Source: Bdellovibrionales bacterium (GTDB taxonomy: Bacteria > Bdellovibrionota > Bdellovibrionia > Bdellovibrionales > UBA1609). From it: a DNA stretch of 64,000 nt. The notes under the pieces are model-generated. The model was not told the origin of the DNA. It saw only the letters and a program-made list of their open reading frames with translations, and did not search any database. Position numbers and translations under genes: made by a program. Position 1 is the stretch's first letter; each line of letters begins with the position of its first letter. Positions 1 through 10,379 of the stretch are shown here, one piece after another. The stretch is taken from NCBI GenBank assembly GCA_965200875.1, contig OZ241456.1, positions 1,312,001-1,376,000 on the forward strand, in the 5' to 3' direction.

Positions 1-233
1 TTATAACAGTATCAGAAGATTGATCTAAAATATCTATAACATTGCTATCATGTTTTACATTTAAACTCAAGCAATAGCTTATATTTTTTTAAATCTGGAA
101 TTTTCATACTAATATGATATGAGAAAAATTTAAAATGATCTCTGTTACTTATAACTTTCAGAAATTATTGCTGTGTAAAAAATTCAAAAATGTTTGTTCT
201 TGAAAGCTTTAAAATTATGATAGGGTATTTTCT

Positions 234-1217
234 TTAAGGAAAAAATTTTACACTCGCAGGCAGGGAGTGGTTGAGTTTTTTTTCCAGCCAGCGGGTGGTT
301 TTTATCAGCTCCTGTATTTTTATCCCTTTTTGTAACTGTATCGGTTTGAACTTAAAAGGAGAGATTTTGGCCGAAGAAAAACAACTGCCATTTTGTTTTG
401 TTATACTTTGTGTGATTTTCATTTTCTCCAACACATAAGCTAGATCTTCCGTTGCAACATTACCACTTGCCCCCGGAGCATAAGGACATCCGCCCAACCC
501 TCCAATACTGGAGTCGAATATTCTCACTCCACTTTGCAGACCCGCTTTTACATTGGCCAAGGCCATCCCGTGGGTATTGTGAAAATGCAGAGCCACTTTG
601 TTAACCGGCACTTTATTTTGAAGCAGGTTCATTAAATTCAACACATCCACAGGGGTCGCTATTCCAATAGTGTCGCTTATGGATAGTTCAAATACTTCTT
701 CCTGCATAATGCAATCTGCCAGTGTAACAGCTTTGGATGGGCGAACTTTCCCCTCATAAGGACAAGCAAAAGCAACACTAAGGTATACTCTGACTTTTAT
801 TTTAAGTCGCCTAGCTCTTAGGCATATAATATTTAAGATTTTTAAACTTTCCTGAATATTCATATTAATATTTTTTTTAGAAAAGGATTCCGTGCAGGAA
901 ACAAAAAAAGAAATCTCTTTCAGATCACATTCCACGGCCTTTTCAAAACCTTTTAAATTAGGGACAAAGACAGAATACTGAACTGACCTTGGAAGTGCTT
1001 TCATGTTCTGAGCTTTTAGAACTTTTTTTGTCAGTTCCGGCACACATCGCATTTGCGGAACAGCTTTAGGAGAAACAAAAGAACCTAGCTCAATTCTTTT
1101 CAAACCCGCAAGAGAAAGTTTTTTTACTATTTGATAACGATCCTTAAGAGATAGATCACTTTTTTCGTTTTGCAAACCATCTCTTAAACCCACTTCCACA
1201 ATATGCGCAACAGACAT
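234..1217 (-). CDS. hmgL: Hydroxymethylglutaryl-CoA lyase
   Basis: EVGLRDGLQNE, HFHNTHG and GGLGGCPYAPGASGNVATED motifs of the DRE-TIM HMG-CoA lyase family; extra ~30-aa segment near the C-terminus. Confidence 0.93.
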   Translation of the reverse strand: MSVAHIVEVGLRDGLQNEKSDLSLKDRYQIVKKLSLAGLKRIELGSFVSPKAVPQMRCVPELTKKVLKAQNMKALPRSVQYSVFVPNLKGFEKAVECDLKEISFFVSCTESFSKKNINMNIQESLKILNIICLRARRLKIKVRVYLSVAFACPYEGKVRPSKAVTLADCIMQEEVFELSISDTIGIATPVDVLNLMNLLQNKVPVNKVALHFHNTHGMALANVKAGLQSGVRIFDSSIGGLGGCPYAPGASGNVATEDLAYVLEKMKITQSITKQNGSCFSSAKISPFKFKPIQLQKGIKIQELIKTTRWLEKKLNHSLPASVKFFP

Positions 1218-1255
1218 GCAATCCTCTTTATATGTAAGATGTAAGTGTTTGTTGA

Positions 1256-1642
1256 TTAGTTTATTTCCACTAATGTTTGATCACTCGAAACTGTTTCTCC
1301 AGCCTTTACATGTACGGATTTTACAACACCTTTACCGGAGGATTTTAACACATATTCCATCTTCATGGAGGAAAGAATCAGCAAGGTTTGATTTTCCATT
1401 ACTTTCGTACCTGGTTCAACCAATACTTTCACAATCTGCCCTGGCATGGGAGATATGATATACTGTTTATTCGTATGTTTTTGTGTTTGACGGGCAAAAC
1501 TAGGACTACTAACTTTGTTTTGTCGGTCTATTTTATCTAAAACAAATATTCGCCCCTCAAGATGAAACCATATTTGGTTTTTCCACTCCTCTGCTTTTAC
1601 CTGAAAAACCTGGTTTTTCACTTGTATTTCCATAAATTTCAT
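1256..1642 (-). CDS. Biotin carboxyl carrier / biotin-lipoyl attachment domain protein (probably a methylcrotonyl-CoA carboxylase part)
   Basis: ISPMPGQIVKVLV...SSMKME (variant of EAMKM); immediately upstream of HMG-CoA lyase on the same strand. Confidence 0.85.
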   Translation of the reverse strand: MKFMEIQVKNQVFQVKAEEWKNQIWFHLEGRIFVLDKIDRQNKVSSPSFARQTQKHTNKQYIISPMPGQIVKVLVEPGTKVMENQTLLILSSMKMEYVLKSSGKGVVKSVHVKAGETVSSDQTLVEIN

Positions 1643-1814
1643 TATGACATACTATAACCCTAACTAGAGCATTACACAAGCTGACTGTTTTTTTCTCACA
1701 TATTTTTAGTGAAAGAAGAAAAAGAGTCTGAAAGACATAGTTGATTTACAGGAATTATAGTGTTATCTTTACAAAAAATAAGTCTTACCATGCAGATTTC
1801 AAAGGAGTTATATC

Positions 1815-2246
1815 ATGTGCATAAAAAAAGTAAAAAAATGCCTTTTTGGCAAAGCTCCCGCTCTCTACCAAGAAATAGCAGAATTAACACTGCGACTTGT
1901 TCTAGGAGCTTTTATGCTCACACATGGTTCTAGGAAATTTTTTTCTTTTGCAGAAAAATATGAAACATTTCCTGATCCTCTCGGTATAGGGTCTTGTACA
2001 AGCTTAATTTTAGCTACCTTCGCGGAGTTTTTCTGTTCCATTCTTGTAATTTTAGGGCTATTTACTCGATTTGCCTCTTTAAGCATTCTAACAACCATGT
2101 TAACAGCCGGTTTGATTTTTCACTATGCAGACCCTTTCAGCAAAAAAGAGTTGGCACTTTTGTACGCTATCGGCTTTTTTTACTTCACAATAGCCGGAAG
2201 CAATCGCTACAGCTTGGATTATCTGTTATTCAGAAAAAATAAATAA
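1815..2246 (+). CDS. DoxX family membrane protein
   Basis: LRLVLG...HG..KF, AEFFCSILVILGLFTR, KELALLY and G..YSLD pattern; AGGAG RBS. Confidence 0.88.
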   Translation: MCIKKVKKCLFGKAPALYQEIAELTLRLVLGAFMLTHGSRKFFSFAEKYETFPDPLGIGSCTSLILATFAEFFCSILVILGLFTRFASLSILTTMLTAGLIFHYADPFSKKELALLYAIGFFYFTIAGSNRYSLDYLLFRKNK

Positions 2247-2275
2247 CAAAGAGGGGGCTAAACGCATGTTTTCCC

Positions 2276-3640
2276 TTGACAGTATCAATTAAAATGTTCG
2301 TATTTCAAAAATATTTTCCGCAAGTCCAGTATTTAAAAGAGCAAAAACAGGCTTATTTGGATAATGCCGCCACCACCTTAAAACTCCAGTGCGTAATAGA
2401 CACACTTAATGAATTTTACACACGAAAAACAGCCAATGTGCATAGAGGAGACCATTATTTAAGTGACTCTCTCACCTTAAGTTACGAAAACACAAGAACA
2501 AAAGTTCAACAATGGCTCCACGCAGAAAATCCAGAAGAAATTATTTTCACTAAAAGCACAACGGAGAGCATTAATTTTTTATCACACGCTTTGGAAAATT
2601 ATTTACAACCTGGCGATGAAATTTTACTGACGGAAATGGAACATCATTCCAATATTCTTCCTTGGAGTGCCTTATCTAAGAGACGAAATTTGAAACTAAA
2701 GTTTCTTTCTGTAAATGAAAAAGGGGAATTGGATTTAGAAGAATGGACAAAAAAAATCACTAAAAAAACAAAGCTTTTTGCTTTTACTTATTATTCCAAT
2801 GCTCTGGGAACACGAAATCCAGTGGAAAAACTATGCACCTTGGCAAGATCAACTGGCATTTTAACTGTGGTGGATTCTGCTCAAGCCATGACGGCTGAAC
2901 CAGTGAATGTGCAACAATTAGGTTGTGACTTTTTGGCTTTCTCAGGACATAAAATGTTTGCTCCAACGGGAGTTGGAGTGCTTTATGTTAAAAACGCTCA
3001 CTTTGGAAAACTAAAACCTTGGCAATTAGGAGGGGGCATGGTCAGGGATGTCAGCATATCCCACTATGAACCAGCTGATCCTCCACAATGTTTTGAAGCA
3101 GGTACTCCACCTATCGAAGGAGTACTGGCTTTAGGTTCCGTGTTGGACTTCTTAAAATCTTTTGATCCAAAAACACCAGCTACTCCCGGCACAAAAAATC
3201 AGATAGCTCCTCAAATTCCTTATGAACACAAATCCACTTCCAAAATAAACAAAGAAAAAAATGATCCAATCCAGATGAATACAAGTCAAAAAGTTGCTCA
3301 ACATTTTTTTTCAGAAGCTCAAAAAAACAAAACTTCTTTATTGGCTTATGCCGAAGAAGAGTTAAAAAAAATACCGGGGATAAAAATTATAGGCTTATCA
3401 CCCACAAAGGTTAATATAGTATCTTTTATTTTAAAGTCCACACATTGCCGGGATATGGGCCAGCTTATTTCTCAAGCGGGAGTAGCAGTTCGGACGGGCC
3501 ATCACTGTTGTCTCCCTCTAATGAAAAAACTGAATCTGCCTTCCGGCACAATCAGAGCCTCTTTTTCAATATACAACGATAACCAAGATGTGGAGTTGTT
3601 GATATCTGCCGTAAAAAAAGCCAAGGAAATTTTAAATTAA
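2276..3640 (+). CDS. sufS: SufS-type (group II) cysteine desulfurase; start probably ATG 2294
   Basis: YLDNAATT, EHHSN, FSGHKM (PLP Lys), FEAGTP and VRTGHHCC; ~55-aa low-complexity insertion after the GTP motif. Confidence 0.9.
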   Translation: MTVSIKMFVFQKYFPQVQYLKEQKQAYLDNAATTLKLQCVIDTLNEFYTRKTANVHRGDHYLSDSLTLSYENTRTKVQQWLHAENPEEIIFTKSTTESINFLSHALENYLQPGDEILLTEMEHHSNILPWSALSKRRNLKLKFLSVNEKGELDLEEWTKKITKKTKLFAFTYYSNALGTRNPVEKLCTLARSTGILTVVDSAQAMTAEPVNVQQLGCDFLAFSGHKMFAPTGVGVLYVKNAHFGKLKPWQLGGGMVRDVSISHYEPADPPQCFEAGTPPIEGVLALGSVLDFLKSFDPKTPATPGTKNQIAPQIPYEHKSTSKINKEKNDPIQMNTSQKVAQHFFSEAQKNKTSLLAYAEEELKKIPGIKIIGLSPTKVNIVSFILKSTHCRDMGQLISQAGVAVRTGHHCCLPLMKKLNLPSGTIRASFSIYNDNQDVELLISAVKKAKEILN

Positions 3641-3655
3641 TAAACCGGAAAAAAA

Positions 3656-4384
3656 TTACTCTCCCATTTCAGAGAAAAAACCTTCCAACACCCGCAATGA
3701 TTTAAGCACTTCTAAAACATCAATAATACTGACAAAATTTTCAAACATATTATTGACTGCTATCTCTTGGATAGTAGGATCAACAAGAGCTTCTTCAAAA
3801 AACAAATTGCAGGACTGAGCTTCTCCTATTAAATCTTCATCATCTGCGTTTACAAAGCTTAATCTGTACATCATAACCAACGGTCCTTCTTGCACACTAC
3901 TATCCAATAATACATCACCAACTTTATTGACTTTCATATCTTCAACCGATTCTAGGAAAAACGCTGACATCATAATAGCAGTAATTTCATCTTTATAAGT
4001 TTCAAATATAACTGATCTATCTTGTCCGGTTCTTATTTCATCAACTGTTATTTTACTTTGGACTGCCCGCATCTTATCTTTCAATTCCATCCGCTTTTTT
4101 ATCACTGATTCCAAACACACAAAAGACAAAAAATTGTCAAATGTTTCATAAACGGCCTTTTCTTCATCTGTAGGTTCGTATTTTTGAGGTATGAATTCTA
4201 ATTCTTCAGACATGGAACCACTTTTTTCCACTGCGGATTCTGATTCTCCCTTGGAGCTTCCCGCTTGATCTGGCTGTGATAACTCATTTACAGACTCAAC
4301 ACCTGGATTAGCATACAGGAACACTCCCGGCCAGAAAGCACATAAAACACATAAAATTTTTAAATTGGTACGGGAATTTCTCAT
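3656..4384 (-). CDS. Hypothetical acidic exported protein
   Basis: 242-aa ORF with AGGAGG RBS and an N-terminal signal-like segment; no recognised domain. Confidence 0.65.
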   Translation of the reverse strand: MRNSRTNLKILCVLCAFWPGVFLYANPGVESVNELSQPDQAGSSKGESESAVEKSGSMSEELEFIPQKYEPTDEEKAVYETFDNFLSFVCLESVIKKRMELKDKMRAVQSKITVDEIRTGQDRSVIFETYKDEITAIMMSAFFLESVEDMKVNKVGDVLLDSSVQEGPLVMMYRLSFVNADDEDLIGEAQSCNLFFEEALVDPTIQEIAVNNMFENFVSIIDVLEVLKSLRVLEGFFSEMGE

Positions 4385-4392
4385 GATATCCT

Positions 4393-4486
4393 CCTATAAA
4401 CAGTGTTTAAAATAACTCCTCAGAAGTTCATTTTGTCCAAGAACCCGTAGAGTAAAACCCTATAAACAGTGTTTAAAATAACTCCT
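4393..4486. repeat. Two perfect 28-bp direct repeats separated by 38 bp
   Basis: CCTATAAACAGTGTTTAAAATAACTCCT at 4393-4420 and 4459-4486; internal palindrome TAAACA-G-TGTTTA. Confidence 0.9.
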
Positions 4487-4742
4487 TTAGAAACCTGAAC
4501 TTCAGAAAATTTATAGTATATAACCATCATACAAAAAACAATATTTTTCAAAAAAATCTTAAAATAAAGAAATGAATGCGTATAAAAATTACACAATATT
4601 TTTGTACGAGAAAAATCCTGTTTGACCCAACATATTTTTAAGGATTTTTCTTGAACTTCTTTTTAAGGTTTTTTATAAAAAAATCAAATGCTCACTGTGT
4701 TAACGGGTTTTTCCGAACAGCTGGCCTATTTTCAGGAAAACT

Positions 4743-5336
4743 ATGGATCTTAATAAAAAAGATGTGCTTATTCGGATGTTGGCTACGCCTAATCCATACG
4801 CTTTAAAATTTGTCTTGAATGTGCCTTTAAAAAACAAAGGCAGAGCCACTTTTCACAGTAAAAAAGATTGCCAAAATCTCCCTCTTTTTCATTCTTTGTT
4901 TGATATTCCTGAATTAAAACAAGTGTTTGTTTTTCAAAATCAAATGACTCTCACTCACGATGGCAGTCTTAACGAAGAGGAACTGGAAAAACGAGTCACC
5001 GCTATAGTAAGAACTCGAATTACAATTCATAACCCTGATTTTCTGTCTCTTGAACCACAACCTTTTACTTCTGATTCCCTGCCCTCGAAAAGCAAAAAGG
5101 AAATATCTCCTGAAATGCTAAAAGTGGAGAAAATTTTAGATCGCACGATTCGCCCGGGTTTGCAAGCTGATGGCGGAGACCTAGAAGTATTATCTGTGAA
5201 AGATAATGAAGTGAGAATCTCCTATCAGGGAGCTTGTGGCGGTTGCCCCAGTGCCATGATGGGCACACTGGAGGCTATCGAAAATATATTGAGACACGAA
5301 ACCGGGCAGGAAAACTTAACAGTTATTCCTGTGTAA
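4743..5336 (+). CDS. NifU/Nfu family Fe-S carrier (Nfu-N plus NifU-C domains)
   Basis: TPNPYALKF at the N-terminus; IRPGLQADGGD and GACGGCPS (CxxC) at the C-terminus. Confidence 0.92.
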   Translation: MDLNKKDVLIRMLATPNPYALKFVLNVPLKNKGRATFHSKKDCQNLPLFHSLFDIPELKQVFVFQNQMTLTHDGSLNEEELEKRVTAIVRTRITIHNPDFLSLEPQPFTSDSLPSKSKKEISPEMLKVEKILDRTIRPGLQADGGDLEVLSVKDNEVRISYQGACGGCPSAMMGTLEAIENILRHETGQENLTVIPV

Positions 5337-5353
5337 AAACTATAGACATACCA

Positions 5354-7132
5354 TCAATAATATGTATTTTCTTTTTCAATCAGATGAATGGCATTTCGTA
5401 TAAAAGGTCTTTTTTCGTTAACAACACTAAAATCACCTTGTGAGCTGACAGATATAAGTTTTTGTTTTAAAAATTCTTTTTCACTTTCTGATCTTTTAAA
5501 AAAATATGCCAATTCCAGCAATTCCACACCGGCAAGCCAATGCTTTGAAAACCTTTTATTATATTCCTCCATAAGATCTTCAAACAAAGCTCCTGATCTT
5601 TCAATGGATTTTCTAACCTCCCTGATTTTCCTATAGAAAGCAAATACCTTTTGTTGTTCTGATGTAGCAGAATAAGAAGGAATATATGTGACTTCAAAGC
5701 TTTCCAGATCTCCATAAGCGAAACGATCTGCCGGCCCTCCGAACACTGAACGAACTTCACCTCCTAAAGCCAAATCAAACATCCCCCATTCCGGTTTATA
5801 ATAAACCTCATCCCCTCTGTAAACATGACAGTTTTTAAATCGAAGAAGAATCATTTGATTATTTTTCGATAGAGCTGAAAGCAATGTGCCTTTTACACTC
5901 CAGCCAGAGGCAAAATTTAACTCCATATCCCCGTTTTTATTTCCGTACAGGCTTTTTAATTCAGATAAAGCCATTTGATGAGGAAGTAACTCTGAATCTT
6001 TTAACACTCCAAGAGGAGAACTGTAGCCACTTGCGTGTTCTGTGATTCCATGTCCCTCCAGCTGTTGTTCTTGGTAACTCAGTTGGCAAGCTCCTTTTAA
6101 CTTAATAAATAAAGTTTTTCTCTCTTCCTGAATATAGTTTTCCAATACCCCTGAAATCTGAAGACCTGTATCCAGTTCAATCGTGCAAACAGTTTCCGCT
6201 TTTCGCGCCTGCTGTAGACCATACTCCCCTCCTCGATAGAAGGCACAGGTCTTTTTTAAATCCTCCAACACTGTATGCAAGGTTTCAAAATCTGGCGTGA
6301 CAAATAACTGTGGCTGGTAACTGGTTATATCATAGTAATATTCCACACAATCCGCAGATAATGGGAGCTTTTTCACATCTGGTCCAAGGCATTTCTTTGC
6401 CTCTCCGAGGGAAGACAATAAACCTGCTCCATAAATTTTTTGTTTTTTTAAATCTCCGATCAATCCATATTCAGAAGTCCACCAGATAAAACGGGAGAGC
6501 AAAGAAGCTTCACTGGGTGATTTTAATTCTTTGTTTATTTTATTTAAATGCGCTTGCGCTTTTTCAATATCTTCTGCGGAAGAACAAGGATCTTCTTTTA
6601 TATCGCTCAAATTTCTTATTGCTGAATACTGTTCAAAATCCTGCTTGTTGGTAATCGCTTTTCTCACCACTCTGGCATATTGCTTTAAAAAAGAGTTAAA
6701 TACAGGATGTATTAAAAAAGGGGCATGCCCGGCCGCCTCATGCAAAATATCTGGAGCTGGAGTGTAACTAATATGATCCACTGTGCGAATAGCTGAAGCA
6801 ATAGGAAGAATATTATGGAGTTGAAACTCCATGAAAGCAGCTGGAGGAATAAAGCCACTTACCGGAACTGCCCTCCACCCTAGCTTTTGCAATTTTTTGT
6901 CGATATCCGAAATACTGGGAATTTTATCAATAGTGATGCCTGTTTCTTTCAAACCCTCGAGATAAGCCGAGTGTGCGTTTTCAGACAGAAAGTCCTTTAA
7001 TTGCCTCATAACATAACGCCAGGCACTTTGGTTTTCTGCCGTATATTTTCCATAGTTCTGCTCAACAATATACCGCTTTAATGGTTCAGGTATTTGAGAC
7101 AGCTCTTGTTTTTCTATAGGCACTTTGTTCAT
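5354..7132 (-). CDS. phhA: Phenylalanine 4-hydroxylase, long form with C-terminal extension
   Basis: YTPAPDILHEAAGHAP, WWTSEYGL and YGAGLLSS; ATG 7132 preceded by GGAG (the ORF track extends to 7186). Confidence 0.9.
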   Translation of the reverse strand: MNKVPIEKQELSQIPEPLKRYIVEQNYGKYTAENQSAWRYVMRQLKDFLSENAHSAYLEGLKETGITIDKIPSISDIDKKLQKLGWRAVPVSGFIPPAAFMEFQLHNILPIASAIRTVDHISYTPAPDILHEAAGHAPFLIHPVFNSFLKQYARVVRKAITNKQDFEQYSAIRNLSDIKEDPCSSAEDIEKAQAHLNKINKELKSPSEASLLSRFIWWTSEYGLIGDLKKQKIYGAGLLSSLGEAKKCLGPDVKKLPLSADCVEYYYDITSYQPQLFVTPDFETLHTVLEDLKKTCAFYRGGEYGLQQARKAETVCTIELDTGLQISGVLENYIQEERKTLFIKLKGACQLSYQEQQLEGHGITEHASGYSSPLGVLKDSELLPHQMALSELKSLYGNKNGDMELNFASGWSVKGTLLSALSKNNQMILLRFKNCHVYRGDEVYYKPEWGMFDLALGGEVRSVFGGPADRFAYGDLESFEVTYIPSYSATSEQQKVFAFYRKIREVRKSIERSGALFEDLMEEYNKRFSKHWLAGVELLELAYFFKRSESEKEFLKQKLISVSSQGDFSVVNEKRPFIRNAIHLIEKENTYY

Positions 7133-7286
7133 AAATTGATCTCCAACAAACAATCCAATACATAAAATCCCGTTATATGGAAACACTTCCCCGGCTCTAA
7201 TCAGAGTGAGTCTCTTCAGGATTTTTAATTACCTGCTAACCTTGGTTTTACCGTAAATAACCTGAATTGGATATATAAAAAAATAC

Positions 7287-8282
7287 TTAAAGTGTAACTT
7301 TCAGGCTGGCACGATTTCCTTTTATAATCAATTCTGCCTGAGTTTTAAATGGCAGGGGCTGTTGAGAAGTTATATGTCCGCAAGGCAAGCCAAAAACCAG
7401 AGGAATATCACAAACATCAGAAAAACTTTTTAAAACCTTGTTGAAAGCTGGCAGGGTTAAATGGGAAAAACAGCCAAAGAGAATGGCCTTTACAGCTTTT
7501 AAAGCACCAGAATAAAACAAATGGTGCAAAAGCCTATCCACTCTGTAATCCGCTTCGTTTATGTCTTCCACAAATAAAAAATGGCCAGTAAAATCAGAAA
7601 ACCAAGGAGCACCCACACTGGTGGATAAAAGACTCAAATTACCTCCTATAATCGAAGATTTTACATTTTTTTGAATGGAAGTTTTCAACTTGGAAGATTG
7701 AAAAACACGGAGCTTATCAAAAACAATTTCTTTTTTGACCCCAAATAGAATATTTTTTAAGTGCGCCAGATCTTTTTGAGAGAGAGCAGGCAATTCAGAA
7801 ATCAAAGGAGCATGAAGAGTGGATTGATTTTTCCGGTTTAAGTATAAATGTAAAGCTGTTCCGTCACTGTAGCCAATAAAAAGTTTTTTTTTCGCGCTTT
7901 CGTAATTTTGGGAATAACCTTTAATAAAAGCAGGCATAATTTTTTGAAGCCCATAACCTCCTCTCATCATCCACACCACTGAAGAATTTTTATTGCCAAA
8001 AGCCTTGTTTAAAAAGCCAGCACGATTTTTGTTGTTATTGGCGTGAAAAAGCCAAGGGGAAAAAGCTCTTTCCATTAATCGTGGTTTAAGTCCCCAGTTT
8101 TTTAAAATAGTGACACCTTTTTTCCATTGATTGTTTCTTAGAGGAGAAGAAGAAGGGGCTATAATATCAACAATAGCTCCTGCTTTTACAGATGGAAAAT
8201 TTGAACATGTAAGAGATGGCTTGCCTCTTTTGGAAGGCAAATGCTTTCCTGATTGAGCTAGTGTGCGTTTAAATTTCATCAA
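7287..8282 (-). CDS. ldcA: LD-carboxypeptidase (peptidase S66)
   Basis: IIAPSS, RGGYG, GYSD (Ser), GGNLS, EDINE (Glu) and GH (His). Confidence 0.9.
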   Translation of the reverse strand: MMKFKRTLAQSGKHLPSKRGKPSLTCSNFPSVKAGAIVDIIAPSSSPLRNNQWKKGVTILKNWGLKPRLMERAFSPWLFHANNNKNRAGFLNKAFGNKNSSVVWMMRGGYGLQKIMPAFIKGYSQNYESAKKKLFIGYSDGTALHLYLNRKNQSTLHAPLISELPALSQKDLAHLKNILFGVKKEIVFDKLRVFQSSKLKTSIQKNVKSSIIGGNLSLLSTSVGAPWFSDFTGHFLFVEDINEADYRVDRLLHHLFYSGALKAVKAILFGCFSHLTLPAFNKVLKSFSDVCDIPLVFGLPCGHITSQQPLPFKTQAELIIKGNRASLKVTL

Positions 8283-9189
8283 TAAACTTTAGCTTTTTCA
8301 AAAAAGTAAATCAACAGATTTCCCATATGGATACGGAGTAGTGGTCTCGGGACGATGATCAATATTCCATCCGTCTATACGCATGTTCAGTCGCAAATCC
8401 ATACTCTCCAATATTCTCTGAATTTTTCGCATGGATTCATCCTCTACCCTTTGAATGGATTTATGCCACAAACTAGGATGCTTAAGGAACCTTGGATCGG
8501 TAAAATCTATATCATTAGCTTGCCACCCATCTAAACGCGGATCCAAACGCAAACCCATGCTCTCCAATGCTTGCTTAATTCTCCGTCTAGACTCCTGATC
8601 AATAATCAAACTTTCTTGCAGGGTTTTATAATTAAAAATTCGCCAGAATGTCGGTTTAAAAGACACTCTCTGTTTTTGAACTAAGTCTCCAACAAAAACA
8701 ATATTGTTGGCAGAAAATTGATTTTGGATATAAATAGGAAAATCAACATCCTTCACACGCTTAAAGAGCCTTGGATCGGTAGGCTTTATATCATTAGCCT
8801 GCCACTCGAACGGATCCAAACGCATATCCAACCTCAGGCCAATGCTCTCCAATTTTTCCTTAATTTCCTGAACAGATTTCTCTCCTATATGAGGTATGCG
8901 CAAAAGCGTTGCAACAGGTTTTTCCGAACGCATTGACACCTTATCTATCTGGGCCAACAAGTCTCCTAAAACCACATTATCACGATTAAAGAAGGAAATT
9001 GGTAGAAATAGACCAGCAAGTATTCCATTTATGGTACGAGTGGAAAAATTCATATCTTTCATACGCTTTAAAAGCCTCGGGTCAGTAGGCTTTACTATAT
9101 CATTATCACGAGCATGATTTTCCTCCAAGAAAGCATCTTCACAGTGTTCTTGACCCCCAAAATTTGGCTACCTTCTAAAAGGAGGTAAA

Positions 9190-9576
9190 ATGGATAGATT
9201 TTCCAAAAAGATTTCAAAAAATCAAAGATTTTTGATACTTTCAGAGCATTTTCAAGGTGGTCTCAGTATTTCCGAATTATCACGGAAGTATCAGATTCAA
9301 GCCGCAACTATTTATCAATGGAGGAGAGAGAAAATGCGCAGAGAAAAGAAAGCAACAGGATTAGACCAAGAGGAATTGCTTTTAGAGATAAATCGTTTAA
9401 AGGTGGAGAACTCTCGTTTAAAGCATACTGTAGCTGATCAAGCATTGGATATCACCACTCTTAAGCAATGGAATGAGTTTATGAAAAAAAAGTGGAGGGA
9501 AGAAAAACTGAATTTGCAAAAGAGTTTATCATCCACTGCTCAGCGATCTGCTGTAAAAAAAGATTTTGTGAGTTAA
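9190..9576 (+). CDS. IS3-family transposase OrfA (HTH plus leucine zipper)
   Basis: SISELSRKYQIQAATIYQWRR HTH followed by a coiled coil; AGGAGG RBS. Confidence 0.92.
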   Translation: MDRFSKKISKNQRFLILSEHFQGGLSISELSRKYQIQAATIYQWRREKMRREKKATGLDQEELLLEINRLKVENSRLKHTVADQALDITTLKQWNEFMKKKWREEKLNLQKSLSSTAQRSAVKKDFVS

Positions 9577-10379
9577 TAGGGATTCATCCAAAGTCTCTTT
9601 ACAAAGTGAGTGAGAGGAGAAGTGTTAAGATGAAGATAAAGGATAAAGATAAGCAAATTTTATCAGGGATAAGAGCTGTGATAAAGGATCGTCCCACTTA
9701 TGGTTACAAGCGTGTAACGGCTCTTTACAACAAGGAGAGGGTTTTAAAGGGTTTAAGCAAGTATAATAAGAAGCGTATTTATCGTGTAATGAAAGAAAAT
9801 GGCCTTTTGTTACCCAAAGCTGTCAGCAGAAGGGAAGGGCATAAGAGTACAGGAAAAGTGATGACATTGTATTCCAATACGAGGTGGTGTTCTGATTGTT
9901 TTGAAATTCATTGTTTTAATGGAGAGAAGGTGTATGTTTCTTTTGTGTTAGACACATGTGACAGGGAGATTTTAAGCTTTACGGCGTCGTTAAAGCCTCT
10001 TTTATCAGAAGAAGACATACAGGGTTTGATGATTAGTGCTGTAGAAGGGCGATTTGATGCTTGTCGAACAAATAGAGAGATTGAATTTTTATCGGATCGA
10101 GGGAGTATTTACAGAGCGTATAATGTGCAGGTATTGGCCCGCCAGCTGGGTTTAAAGCCTTGTTTTACGAGGGCTTACAGTCCAGAGAGTAATGGTATGG
10201 CAGAGGCTTTTGTAAAGACAATAAAACGAGATTATGTGTATGTGAATGACTGCTCCTGTGCTGAAGACACTATGAAATTATTAAAAGAATGGATATATGA
10301 TTATAACCATAAAGCTCCCCATTCAGCACTTGGCATGAAGTCACCTGTGGAGTATATTAAATCAACACAAATGAGGTAG
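9492..10379 (+). CDS. IS3-family transposase OrfB (DDE), in the -1 frame relative to OrfA
   Basis: PTYGYKRV, RWCSDCFE, LSDRGSIY and SPESNGMAEAFVKTIKRDY, close to IS2 OrfB motifs. Confidence 0.95.
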   Translation: MEGRKTEFAKEFIIHCSAICCKKRFCELIGIHPKSLYKVSERRSVKMKIKDKDKQILSGIRAVIKDRPTYGYKRVTALYNKERVLKGLSKYNKKRIYRVMKENGLLLPKAVSRREGHKSTGKVMTLYSNTRWCSDCFEIHCFNGEKVYVSFVLDTCDREILSFTASLKPLLSEEDIQGLMISAVEGRFDACRTNREIEFLSDRGSIYRAYNVQVLARQLGLKPCFTRAYSPESNGMAEAFVKTIKRDYVYVNDCSCAEDTMKLLKEWIYDYNHKAPHSALGMKSPVEYIKSTQMR

